DNA of 50,463 nt from a virus. Lineage: Duplodnaviria; Caudoviricetes. The stretch lies in IMG/VR virus record IMGVR_UViG_3300029822_000480, positions 1-50,463 of that record, one strand, 5' to 3'. Position numbers and translations under genes: made by a program. Positions 26,313-34,805 of this stretch are shown piece by piece. The stretch's first letter is position 1. Each line of letters starts with the position of its first letter. The notes beneath the pieces were generated by a model that worked only from the letters and a program-made list of their open reading frames with translations, was not told the DNA's origin and searched no databases.

Positions 26313-28424
26313 TTAATTTGAAATGATGTTTCGTTTCAATATTTCAAATAGACTTGCATTTATAAGACCTATTTCATCTCCTGATTTGTATTGTTGAAAT
26401 TTATAACCATCAAATCCATTCTCTTTTAACCACTCCATAAACTTAACTCCTAAACTTCCATCACTATATATTTGTCCATTATTTAAAATGCTATTTCCTA
26501 TATTATAACCAAGATACTTTTCTATTGACTTCTTAGAGTAATTTCCTGTGTAATTAGAAAGGGTTTCTTCTTTATACATCAATCCTTTTATTCCATACTC
26601 ATAAAGAGATTTTGAAAATTCAAACTCATCTTTAAGTTTCATTTTAGTTAAGTCAAGTATCGCTAATTCTTTAATTGGTTTTATCTCTGTTATTATACTT
26701 TTTTCGATATTCCCTCTCATAGCATTCATTTGTTTTGTGGCATACTCTTTCGCATATTCTTTAGATGTTGTAAACCAATGAAAACCTGCTTTATTCTTTG
26801 CTTCATTATCACTAACATAATCTTTGAAATCTATTTTAAATTTCTCGCCTTTATCTCTTATATCTCCTCTATACATAACTTTATCTTTATAGTATGCAGT
26901 AACATTTTTAAATAAAGGATTTATCTCATTGCTCTCACTCGAAACAAACGACTTGTTATCTCTAATAAAATAAGGAATAGATTTTGCTTTAGATATCCTT
27001 TCTTCATTTTTACTGATCCATTCTTTGAAGTTTTGAGGAATTTCCTTGACTTCTCTTGAGCTTTTGGTTTTATTAAAAAACTCTTCTCTTGATTTTAGGA
27101 CTGGTATTGCAAAACATCTGCAATTAGAACCCCAAAAACATTTACCATTTCTTCGAATATACATAATAGCATTTTTGGACAATGTTACGTCATAAACATA
27201 TCCGTGATAATCTATTAATTCCTTATTAAACTGTGTCATAGTTTTAATTGGATTATTATTGTTTTTACATCCCCTAAAGAACGCACCTTTGCCCATTGTA
27301 AAATCAATAGCTTTACATCTTTTTATTTCCTGATTAGATTTATTAAGATAAACCACTTCGTGTTCAGGAGTAACTAAGCAATCAAGATTTCTATTATAGA
27401 AATGTATCATTTCTCCATTATATAATCTCTTAAAATAAAGTAATATTTCAACCCATTCAGTTTCTTTTGTCTCAGGGTTTAACGATAAAATCCTATCATC
27501 TTTATTTACATCTTTAAATAATAACCATCCTCTTTTTGTTAAAACTTCTGTCTTTTCATCGTAACAATTTGGGTGCCAGCCTGTGAATTTAAATGTTTTA
27601 GGATATTTCCCTTGTAACTCATCACACATATCATAAAACGGAATACTTTTTCCTGTCTTAGGGTCTTTAATTGTATGATTATTGCTTAGCTTTATCTCAA
27701 CTCCAACAACGAAATCTAATTGCAACCAACGATAATAATCAGCCGTTCTATAAGCCATATTTATTTCTGTTCCTGTCAATCGTAAAGCATTTTTGAAACT
27801 ACTTCTATATATGCCTTGACCTGGTTGATATTCTTTTGCTTTTGATGAGAGATTAAGCCTATTCTCAAAATCTCTTACTCTACGAAATAACTTATTCGGA
27901 TTATTAAGATATTCCCTTATGTCTCTACTTAATTCTGCCGCACTTCTTCCGTCTGCAATTCCAACTGTTAGAGCTTGCTCTAATCCTGCCTTATATTGCT
28001 GTGTCAAATTCCAAACTCTGTCCGATAGATTCATTCCGTTAGTCTTGCGTTGGATGAATGCTTGAAGTGCTTTATCGTTGTTGTTGAAGTATCGTTTTTG
28101 ATTATCTGTTATATCTTTTATAGACTTCAACGCAAGAATATTCATTGCTAATTGATTATTTACTTCATTGCTTTTATTCCATTCTGAAGTAGCACCATTT
28201 ACAATAATCTTTTTTAAGTCTTTTTGAAATTGAGAAAACAACTTATTCGACTTCTTTCTTATTTCAGGATAATCAGAGAATTTGAATAATTTCTTTGCAT
28301 CATAATCAACAGACTTAGCCAACTTTATAGCCTCTTCATTTGAAAGATTGAATATTTCTTTTACTAATTTCTCAAACGCTCTAATCCTTTTATTGTGCTG
28401 CCTATTTGTTGTCTCAAAGTCCAT
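26313..28424 (-). CDS. MuF/SPP1 gp7-like head protein containing a mini-intein and a C-terminal ADP-ribosyltransferase-like domain
   Basis: Follows the portal; RL..TE.N.AY, C..L.G and HPN^CRC motifs; C-terminal YRG...GFHWFTT....A.EYA...GFDG......DE. Confidence 0.85.
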   Translation of the reverse strand: MDFETTNRQHNKRIRAFEKLVKEIFNLSNEEAIKLAKSVDYDAKKLFKFSDYPEIRKKSNKLFSQFQKDLKKIIVNGATSEWNKSNEVNNQLAMNILALKSIKDITDNQKRYFNNNDKALQAFIQRKTNGMNLSDRVWNLTQQYKAGLEQALTVGIADGRSAAELSRDIREYLNNPNKLFRRVRDFENRLNLSSKAKEYQPGQGIYRSSFKNALRLTGTEINMAYRTADYYRWLQLDFVVGVEIKLSNNHTIKDPKTGKSIPFYDMCDELQGKYPKTFKFTGWHPNCYDEKTEVLTKRGWLLFKDVNKDDRILSLNPETKETEWVEILLYFKRLYNGEMIHFYNRNLDCLVTPEHEVVYLNKSNQEIKRCKAIDFTMGKGAFFRGCKNNNNPIKTMTQFNKELIDYHGYVYDVTLSKNAIMYIRRNGKCFWGSNCRCFAIPVLKSREEFFNKTKSSREVKEIPQNFKEWISKNEERISKAKSIPYFIRDNKSFVSSESNEINPLFKNVTAYYKDKVMYRGDIRDKGEKFKIDFKDYVSDNEAKNKAGFHWFTTSKEYAKEYATKQMNAMRGNIEKSIITEIKPIKELAILDLTKMKLKDEFEFSKSLYEYGIKGLMYKEETLSNYTGNYSKKSIEKYLGYNIGNSILNNGQIYSDGSLGVKFMEWLKENGFDGYKFQQYKSGDEIGLINASLFEILKRNIISN
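27123..27566 (-). mobile_element. Mini-intein (148 aa, no homing endonuclease)
   Basis: Block A CYDEKTEVLTKRGW, block B LVTPEH, block F/G YHGYVYDVTL...RRNGKCFWGSN, with Cys at +1. Removal restores HPNCRC. Confidence 0.9.
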
Positions 28425-28426
28425 TA

Positions 28427-29818
28427 CTATTCAAATAAATCTCCCATCTTATCTAATAAACTGCTTCTGTCTTCCTCTTCTTGAATATCCTCATAGGTTT
28501 TTTCAACATCGTTAGTTCTGCCGAATAACTCAATACTTTCTTTTTGGCTCATCAATGGTTTCTGACCATTTGCTTTCAATAACCTATCAATCTCTGCCAT
28601 TTCATCATTCATTACGAAAGGTTGTATTTCGTGTTCACAGTCTATCTTGTCAAGGTGTGATGCCCAAGCTGTATTCATTGTCCCAACAAAAGCCTTAACT
28701 ACATTAAACTCTCTATCTAAGAACTTAGTTAATATTCCTGCTTCATCACCAACTTTCAAATGTGCATCTGTAAGTAAATTCTTAATGCTCTCCCCACTCA
28801 ATGTGGATAAACCTTTAATATTTTCAAAGGATAAGTTAGGCATCTGCAATTGCAAGAAATAAAGCATCAATAGAGATTCTATTTGATATTTAATAGCCTC
28901 AATTGATTGCTCCCAGGAAACATATCGAACACCTCCATTTTCTGAAACAACCCAAATACGCCTTTCTTGACCTTTGGCTTCCATTCCTTGCAATTGTCCT
29001 TTGACTTCTATTAATGGAGCAGCATTATAAGCTATAATATCACTATTCCTTGATAAAGTCCATTCTATTTCATCAACTAAATGAGATACCTCTTCATATA
29101 TGCTCTCTTCTCTTTCTAAGTAAATAACATTGATTTTCTTGATGACGTTTTCTATATTGCTTATTTCTTCCCATTCAGCACCTTTCTCTTTCCACTTGTA
29201 AATCCTATCTTTAGTGATAGTTTCAAAGTAATTAATGTTTTTCTCTTTTTCTTTCTTTGAATAAGAAATTGAAAAAGCAATTAAATCATCTTGTTCATCG
29301 AATAATGGATATAACTTGTGTCCTTTCCTTTCGGAATATGTTTTTATCCTTAGTTTATGTTTTGCTTTAAAACCATAGATACTATTCTCTTCCTCCTTAA
29401 TGTACCAAACAGTTGCTATTTGACACGTTGCAAAGAACTCTCTTGCTCTTTCTAAATTGGTATCATCAATCCTAATCTTCTTATAAATCTTTTCTATGGA
29501 TTTTGTTATATCCTTTAGGATTGATTCTTCAGTTTCGTATGAATAAGTCCTTTTTACAGGAAGAGCAAAACACATTTCTGCCATTCTCTTAACTGCCAAT
29601 TTCTGCAATGATAACTTAACTCTTGAAGCTTTTTCAACTCCGTCTTTCGTTGGTTTATCTTTCCTTATCCCTGCATCCATAATACTATGCTTGTCGGCAT
29701 CGTACATCTTTTCTAACTCTTCCCATTTAGGATTTTCTGTATAACTATTCTCTGTTATATACTGAACAACATCTTTTATTGTTTTTCCTTCTCTTATTAA
29801 TTCTTCTATTGTTTGCAT
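28427..29818 (-). CDS. Portal protein (SPP1-type)
   Basis: 463 aa between TerL and MuF; LSGES and PLMSQKESI segments. Confidence 0.85.
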   Translation of the reverse strand: MQTIEELIREGKTIKDVVQYITENSYTENPKWEELEKMYDADKHSIMDAGIRKDKPTKDGVEKASRVKLSLQKLAVKRMAEMCFALPVKRTYSYETEESILKDITKSIEKIYKKIRIDDTNLERAREFFATCQIATVWYIKEEENSIYGFKAKHKLRIKTYSERKGHKLYPLFDEQDDLIAFSISYSKKEKEKNINYFETITKDRIYKWKEKGAEWEEISNIENVIKKINVIYLEREESIYEEVSHLVDEIEWTLSRNSDIIAYNAAPLIEVKGQLQGMEAKGQERRIWVVSENGGVRYVSWEQSIEAIKYQIESLLMLYFLQLQMPNLSFENIKGLSTLSGESIKNLLTDAHLKVGDEAGILTKFLDREFNVVKAFVGTMNTAWASHLDKIDCEHEIQPFVMNDEMAEIDRLLKANGQKPLMSQKESIELFGRTNDVEKTYEDIQEEEDRSSLLDKMGDLFE

Positions 29819-29838
29819 AATAATTTGATTTTACGAGG

Positions 29839-29875
29839 CAAAGATATAAAAAGTGTTTGAATTATAAACACTTTT
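29839..29875 (-). promoter_or_regulatory. Late promoter (TATCTTTG) with upstream palindrome, copy 2
   Basis: CAAAGATA at 29839-29846 followed by AAAAGTGTTTGAATTATAAACACTTTT. Confidence 0.75.
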
Positions 29876-29889
29876 CACGATAAATTCTT

Positions 29890-31404
29890 TTATAAAACAT
29901 CTTGCAATAGCTTTTCAACGTCTAAAGGTATAATCACTTTTTGAGGATAGAATGTATTTGCCAAAGCATCCGAGAAGTCAGGAGAACGCTTTATTCTTTT
30001 CTTAATTTCTTCTTTTGGTTCTATGATAATTGAACCATTACTTTGGAATTTCCAATGCGTTTCTGTCAGCTCTTCCGTTAATCTATCGTTAGGAGGGAGG
30101 CAAGGCTCAAATTCATTCTTAGGGTCTAACCAGTCACGTAACGCCCAATAAAGATAAGCACGCATATTAGCAAACTCGTATTGCTCGGTAATGTCTTTTA
30201 ATTCTTTTGCACTCTCTGAACCTTTGCAACTAACAGCATTATTATAGCCGAGTTCAAGTAATCTCGAAAGCACTCCTGCACCTTCTCCGATAGTATCAAT
30301 GAAAGCGAAATTATCTTTATCTTTCAAGTCTTCAACCAACATTCCTGCTACGTGCATATGGTCTGCAACTCCTGCTGATTGGTGTGCCTCAAATGAACTT
30401 ACCCAATTATCCTGCCTTGTACACTTAACTGAACTATCTCTACCCATACCTGCAACGTCTTGTCCAATTCTTTTGTGTCCTGTTGGTTCGTAACCTTTCT
30501 CTTTTAAATCCAACCAACGATTATTTGCAATCTCAATCCATTCGTAAGGGACAAGCACGTCTTCAGCAACCTTTGGAAACATTCCTAAGACTTTTACACG
30601 GAATAAATCATTTGGTCTATATATTCCATCCTCAAATCTAAAATCTCCTTCTCCTTCATTAAAGTCTGTTTGCTGAATTGGATTACACCAATTAATTACC
30701 TTATCTAATACCCATTCATAATCTACTTGTCCAGGAATAATAAGCTCTTTCTTTACAACATTTTCAGCATTGAGAGAGTTAAGCCTAAACTTCTTAAACC
30801 TTTCATTCTTCATTGCTCTTGCTGCATATCCTGTCGTTATATTAGGATTGAAAACAATCAGTAATCTTGAGTTTCCTTGTAAGTTACCTTCGATTGCGTT
30901 AAATACTTCCTCGCTTAATCCTGTTGCTTCTGTAACAACAAACATAGTATTTACTGCATGGAATCCTGACCAGCTCTCAGTTGCGTTATCATCAGCTTTA
31001 AATCCTGTTAGAAACCATTCTTCAAAGTCTGTTCTAATATCATACGTAAGCAATCTCCCTGGAAGTATTTTTGCATTTCTGTATAGCCTTTTGATTTCAG
31101 GAACCATTATATTCTTTACTTGCCTATCCGTGGGAGCAGTCATAGCGACTTTCGTATTCGCAATCAAATTTCCTTGCTTGTCAAATTTAGGTGTGAGATA
31201 TAAAAAACATAAAGATGCAACAGCAGAAACAAAATCTTTGCCTCGTGATGTGCCACTTGCTACGGCTACTCTTGGATATCGTTGGACCGCACTTAAAATA
31301 TCTTGCTGTTCTTTATCTAAACGAGCTTTTAAAACATCTCTTGCAAACTTATTCCAATCTTCTCTCCAAGCTTTAAATACATCTTTATGTTTTTTTTCTA
31401 TCAC
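29890..31404 (-). CDS. terL: Terminase large subunit
   Basis: SGTSRGKD Walker A, VVTEA Walker B-like, FNP motif III, GQDVAG.G.D and SPDFSDAL nuclease motifs. Confidence 0.9.
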   Translation of the reverse strand: MIEKKHKDVFKAWREDWNKFARDVLKARLDKEQQDILSAVQRYPRVAVASGTSRGKDFVSAVASLCFLYLTPKFDKQGNLIANTKVAMTAPTDRQVKNIMVPEIKRLYRNAKILPGRLLTYDIRTDFEEWFLTGFKADDNATESWSGFHAVNTMFVVTEATGLSEEVFNAIEGNLQGNSRLLIVFNPNITTGYAARAMKNERFKKFRLNSLNAENVVKKELIIPGQVDYEWVLDKVINWCNPIQQTDFNEGEGDFRFEDGIYRPNDLFRVKVLGMFPKVAEDVLVPYEWIEIANNRWLDLKEKGYEPTGHKRIGQDVAGMGRDSSVKCTRQDNWVSSFEAHQSAGVADHMHVAGMLVEDLKDKDNFAFIDTIGEGAGVLSRLLELGYNNAVSCKGSESAKELKDITEQYEFANMRAYLYWALRDWLDPKNEFEPCLPPNDRLTEELTETHWKFQSNGSIIIEPKEEIKKRIKRSPDFSDALANTFYPQKVIIPLDVEKLLQDVL

Positions 31405-31418
31405 TACGAAATTGTATA

Positions 31419-31760
31419 TTAATTGTCTGAATCTGCAGACTTCATTAACTCAAGGAAAGGATTAACACTAATTTCATTTTCAACTCTTTCAACATATCCT
31501 CTCTTTTTCCCTTTAGTCTTTAAAAAGAAAATAGTTGCTGTTGTATCTCCTTCTTTAATTTTATTGTACAATGCTGTTTCTGCAAAGTCCAGAGTTGATT
31601 CATCTATTTCTTCAACTGCTTTCTTAAAAGAAGGATTACGCTCAACTCTTTGATAATGCCAAGCTCTGCTGATGTTGGCTTTTTTACAAGCAAGAGTTAT
31701 TACTCCTAATGACGCCTTTAATATTTCTAAATACGCCTTCTCTTTTTTATTTAATGCCAT
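31419..31760 (-). CDS. terS: Terminase small subunit
   Basis: N-terminal HTH and GDTTATIFFLKTKGKKRGYVER motif; immediately upstream of terL. Confidence 0.8.
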   Translation of the reverse strand: MALNKKEKAYLEILKASLGVITLACKKANISRAWHYQRVERNPSFKKAVEEIDESTLDFAETALYNKIKEGDTTATIFFLKTKGKKRGYVERVENEISVNPFLELMKSADSDN

Positions 31761-31801
31761 TTTTTTATATGTTTTATTTGTTTATTACATATTTACAACA
31801 T

Positions 31802-31984
31802 TTACAAGTTTAAATAATCCTCATTAGTTTCATTACCAGACAAATAAAGTCCATTATTGAAAGCTAATAAATCTTTCTTTATATAAAACTTATCATTGGA
31901 ATTATTTGTTCTAAGTATTCTTACTGCATCATATAAGAATTTATTCCAATCTATTTGCTTGTCTATCCCCTTGACTTCTTTCAT
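31802..31984 (-). CDS. Small hypothetical protein
   Basis: 60-aa ORF directly after promoter 32004; may be a remnant. Confidence 0.5.
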   Translation of the reverse strand: MKEVKGIDKQIDWNKFLYDAVRILRTNNSNDKFYIKKDLLAFNNGLYLSGNETNEDYLNL

Positions 31985-32003
31985 ATTATGTATTTAATCC
32001 TTG

Positions 32004-32041
32004 CAAAGTTACAAAAAAATGTTTGAATTACAAATACTTTT
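32004..32041 (-). promoter_or_regulatory. Late promoter (TAACTTTG) with upstream palindrome, copy 3
   Basis: CAAAGTTA at 32004-32011 followed by AAAAATGTTTGAATTACAAATACTTTT. Confidence 0.7.
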
Positions 32042-32055
32042 TGTCAAAAAAATTA

Positions 32056-32496
32056 TTAAAAAGGGAGCAAATCGTCATCTTCTTGAGGAGCTGTAAGTCC
32101 CATAGGCTCACTTGCAGGAGGAGTAAATTGTTTAGGTTGATGATATTGAGCATTATTAGTTGAAGATTGTTGTTGCCCTGATTGTTTTGGTTGTGATATT
32201 AAATCCATATCATCAACCCATAAAGTAAACTGTATCTTTGTCTCCCCTTGTTGGTTTGTCCACTCTCTTACATCTAATTTACCATAAAATAATACCTTAG
32301 TCCCTTTTTTAAGCCACTTCATTAGGTTCTCAGGGGTTTTCCCTGCAATCTTATTACACTGCACCCAATCTGTTTCTTGTCCTTGTTTTTCGGACTTAGC
32401 TACATTCATAGTTATATAGCTATGATTTCCGATTTGTTTTAATTCAGCATCTTTTCCTAATATGCCAATGAAACTTGTTTTAAATTTTGTACTCAT
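32056..32496 (-). CDS. ssb: Single-stranded DNA-binding protein
   Basis: IG.LGKDAE, TDWVQC, LKKGTKV..YGKL OB fold and acidic DDDLLPF C-terminus. Confidence 0.9.
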   Translation of the reverse strand: MSTKFKTSFIGILGKDAELKQIGNHSYITMNVAKSEKQGQETDWVQCNKIAGKTPENLMKWLKKGTKVLFYGKLDVREWTNQQGETKIQFTLWVDDMDLISQPKQSGQQQSSTNNAQYHQPKQFTPPASEPMGLTAPQEDDDLLPF

Positions 32497-32502
32497 ACTA
32501 TT

Positions 32503-33060
32503 TTATTTATTTGTTTGATTTGATTCTTGTATTGCTCTTTGTTCTCTTATTTCTGATAGTTTACGTGTTTTAAGAGTATTAAATTCTTTTTTATATTCAG
32601 TTTGTTGTATCTCTAATTCTCTTAATTTTTTCTCTTTATCATTAATGAGTTTAGTCCTTTGTATTTCAAATTTATCAATCATAATCTGAATATCAAGGTT
32701 ATTTTTCCTTATTTTATTATTAACAACATCTTCCTTGTCAAATTCTTCTTTACTATGATGTAAATTTTTCTCATCAATAAATTGTATTCTCTTAGATTGC
32801 AACTCTTTCTCTGTTTTCAATCTTTTTTCTTTTAACTCTAATAGTGCATCATTATATTCATTAATAACATTAGTAATATTTTTATAGCTAAGAGCGAGTT
32901 CATAATTATATTCATTAATAATATCTTCTACCTCATATTGAGTAGATGCACTATTAATTCTTTCTGCTAATCCTTTCAATATATCTACTGATTGAGGATT
33001 GTTTTCTTTCTTTTGCTTCGTTGCTCTTGTAACTCTTGCAACGCTTCCTAATTTTTCCAT
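32503..33060 (-). CDS. Hypothetical coiled-coil protein
   Basis: 185-aa K/E-rich helical ORF. Confidence 0.7.
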   Translation of the reverse strand: MEKLGSVARVTRATKQKKENNPQSVDILKGLAERINSASTQYEVEDIINEYNYELALSYKNITNVINEYNDALLELKEKRLKTEKELQSKRIQFIDEKNLHHSKEEFDKEDVVNNKIRKNNLDIQIMIDKFEIQRTKLINDKEKKLRELEIQQTEYKKEFNTLKTRKLSEIREQRAIQESNQTNK

Positions 33061-33078
33061 TTTGTTTGTTGTTTGTTT

Positions 33079-33339
33079 TTAATTTTCTAATAAATGATTA
33101 AATCGTGTTGGTCTGACTTCTTCCACAATTGGGATATAAGGAGCTTCAAACTCGTAAACAATGATTTTCTCAACCTTTCCGCCCATCCAATCCTTATCAT
33201 ACTTATTGTTTTCAATTTGAAGTTTAACCGCTTTATCAAGCTGTTTCTTATCTTCTACGTTTTCAATCTCTTTAATTGATGAGAATGTCGTAATGCGATT
33301 ATCTCTTCGCTCTACTGATACAAATACTGCTACTTTCAT
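33079..33339 (-). CDS. Hypothetical protein
   Basis: 86-aa ORF in the operon. Confidence 0.65.
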   Translation of the reverse strand: MKVAVFVSVERRDNRITTFSSIKEIENVEDKKQLDKAVKLQIENNKYDKDWMGGKVEKIIVYEFEAPYIPIVEEVRPTRFNHLLEN

Positions 33340-33354
33340 ATTTATTCTATTTCT

Positions 33355-33555
33355 TTATTTTGGTTTTGATATTTGATTAATATATTCATCTCCGCTTAAT
33401 TGATAAGTAATAGAGGAATATTCGCTATCTTTTAGTTTGTTTTTTATTATTTGGTCAATTTGATTTTCTTTGCTCTTATCAACCTTAAATAACTCCTCTT
33501 TATCTTCCATTCCTTTTCCTTTGTAGGTAAGGATATAAACATTTATTACTGCCAT
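33355..33555 (-). CDS. Hypothetical protein
   Basis: 66-aa ORF just after promoter 33582. Confidence 0.65.
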   Translation of the reverse strand: MAVINVYILTYKGKGMEDKEELFKVDKSKENQIDQIIKNKLKDSEYSSITYQLSGDEYINQISKPK

Positions 33556-33581
33556 AATTACAAATATTTATTTTCAAAGTG

Positions 33582-33589
33582 CAAATATA
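33582..33589 (-). promoter_or_regulatory. Bacteroidota -7 promoter element (TATATTTG)
   Basis: TAnnTTTG upstream of the ssb operon; the inverted repeat GGAATAAT-CTGA-ATTATTCC lies just upstream (33610-33629). Confidence 0.65.
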
Positions 33590-33645
33590 TAAAATTATTC
33601 CCTAAATGCGGAATAATCTGAATTATTCCTTACTATTGTTATTCT

Positions 33646-33676
33646 GGATTGCTTCGCCTTCGGCTCGCAATGACGG
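33646..33676. repeat. Half of a bacterial REP-like palindromic element
   Basis: GGATTGCTTCGCCTTCGGCTCGCAATGACGG is GC-rich in an AT-rich gap and resembles the widespread GTCATTGCGAG...CGAAGCAATC repeat class. Confidence 0.6.
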
Positions 33677-33737
33677 AAAGCTAAGCAACCTCTTCCATTA
33701 TATGTTTTAAGATGCCAACTCAATTCAAGTTCATTCT

Positions 33738-33932
33738 TTATTTGTTTTTTATTGTTAAATGAAATTGATTTAAGACTTCTTCTGTATTCGCATAATCAAG
33801 GTTTTCCCAACATCTTAAACACCAAGCTATATGTTCTATTGTACCTTCTGAATAACATTCTGTAATGTCGTTTCCGTCATCCATACATAGGTTTTCTTTA
33901 ACCCATTCTGGAGTGAATTCTTCTTGTTCCAT
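33738..33932 (-). CDS. Hypothetical protein
   Basis: 64-aa acidic ORF. Confidence 0.55.
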   Translation of the reverse strand: MEQEEFTPEWVKENLCMDDGNDITECYSEGTIEHIAWCLRCWENLDYANTEEVLNQFHLTIKNK

Positions 33933-33934
33933 AT

Positions 33935-34774
33935 TTATTTTATATTAAATGATTCTTGTTGATTTTGCTTTATTCTTTCTTTTGCTATCTCAAAATAGTT
34001 ATTATCCAATTCTATACCTATAAATTTTCTATTGTTTTTTATAGCTGCTAAAATTGTTGTGCCAGAACCAATACAGTTATCCAAAACCGTTTCGCCTTCA
34101 TTAGTATAAGTCTTTATCAAGTATTCCATTAGTGCTATTGGTTTTTGAGTTGGATGCATTTGGTCTTGCCTTCTCCATTGTTGTGGGAAATCTAAAACAG
34201 TTATTGGGTGTCTTGTTCCTTTGTTGTCAGTTTGCACCCCCTTTATTCCGTATTTCATATTATTTACTTTGTTTGGTGTCCATTTTCGTTTGTATGGTGT
34301 TCCTTCTGTCATTTGTGGGTAATAGCAAGCAGCACTTTCACCAAATACTAATATCATTTCGTGCTTTTTAAGTGGCATATATTTAGCAGTAAAAGGACTT
34401 CCACACTTACTTTTCTTCCACACCATATCGTACCTAAATAACTTTTCGTTACTAAGTGCAAGTTTAAAAGCAAACATTCCAGCACCAAATAAAACAATAT
34501 TCCCTTTTGGTTTTAATATACGTTCATATTCACTCCACAACTTGTTTAGGTCTAATACACTATCCCATTTATTTGCAGTCGTTCCATTTTTTTAGCCGTA
34601 GGGCAAATCGCACAACACCATATCAATGCTTTTATCAGCAATATATTTCATTGCTTCCAAACAGTCTGCATTGACAAGTGTATTCGAGTGCAACTGCCCT
34701 ACGGATTGTAAATTTTTTAATTCAATTATATTCATCATAAATAGTGGTTTATATTTTGTTTCATTTTGTCCCAA
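33935..34774 (-). pseudogene. N4C/N6A DNA methyltransferase (beta class) interrupted by an in-frame TAA
   Basis: ORFs 34592-34774 and 33935-34540 share a frame: ...LCDLPYG*KNGTTANKWDS...; HPTQKP and VLDNCIGSGTT follow. The true start is probably near 34738. Confidence 0.85.
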
Positions 34775-34805
34775 AGTTCTTGGTTAATATTCTTGTTTAT
34801 ATTTA

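Noticed and set aside
30920-30950. TerL Walker B reads VVTEA instead of hhDE
   Set aside because: The catalytic Glu and the other motifs are intact, so this is likely a family variant rather than inactivation.
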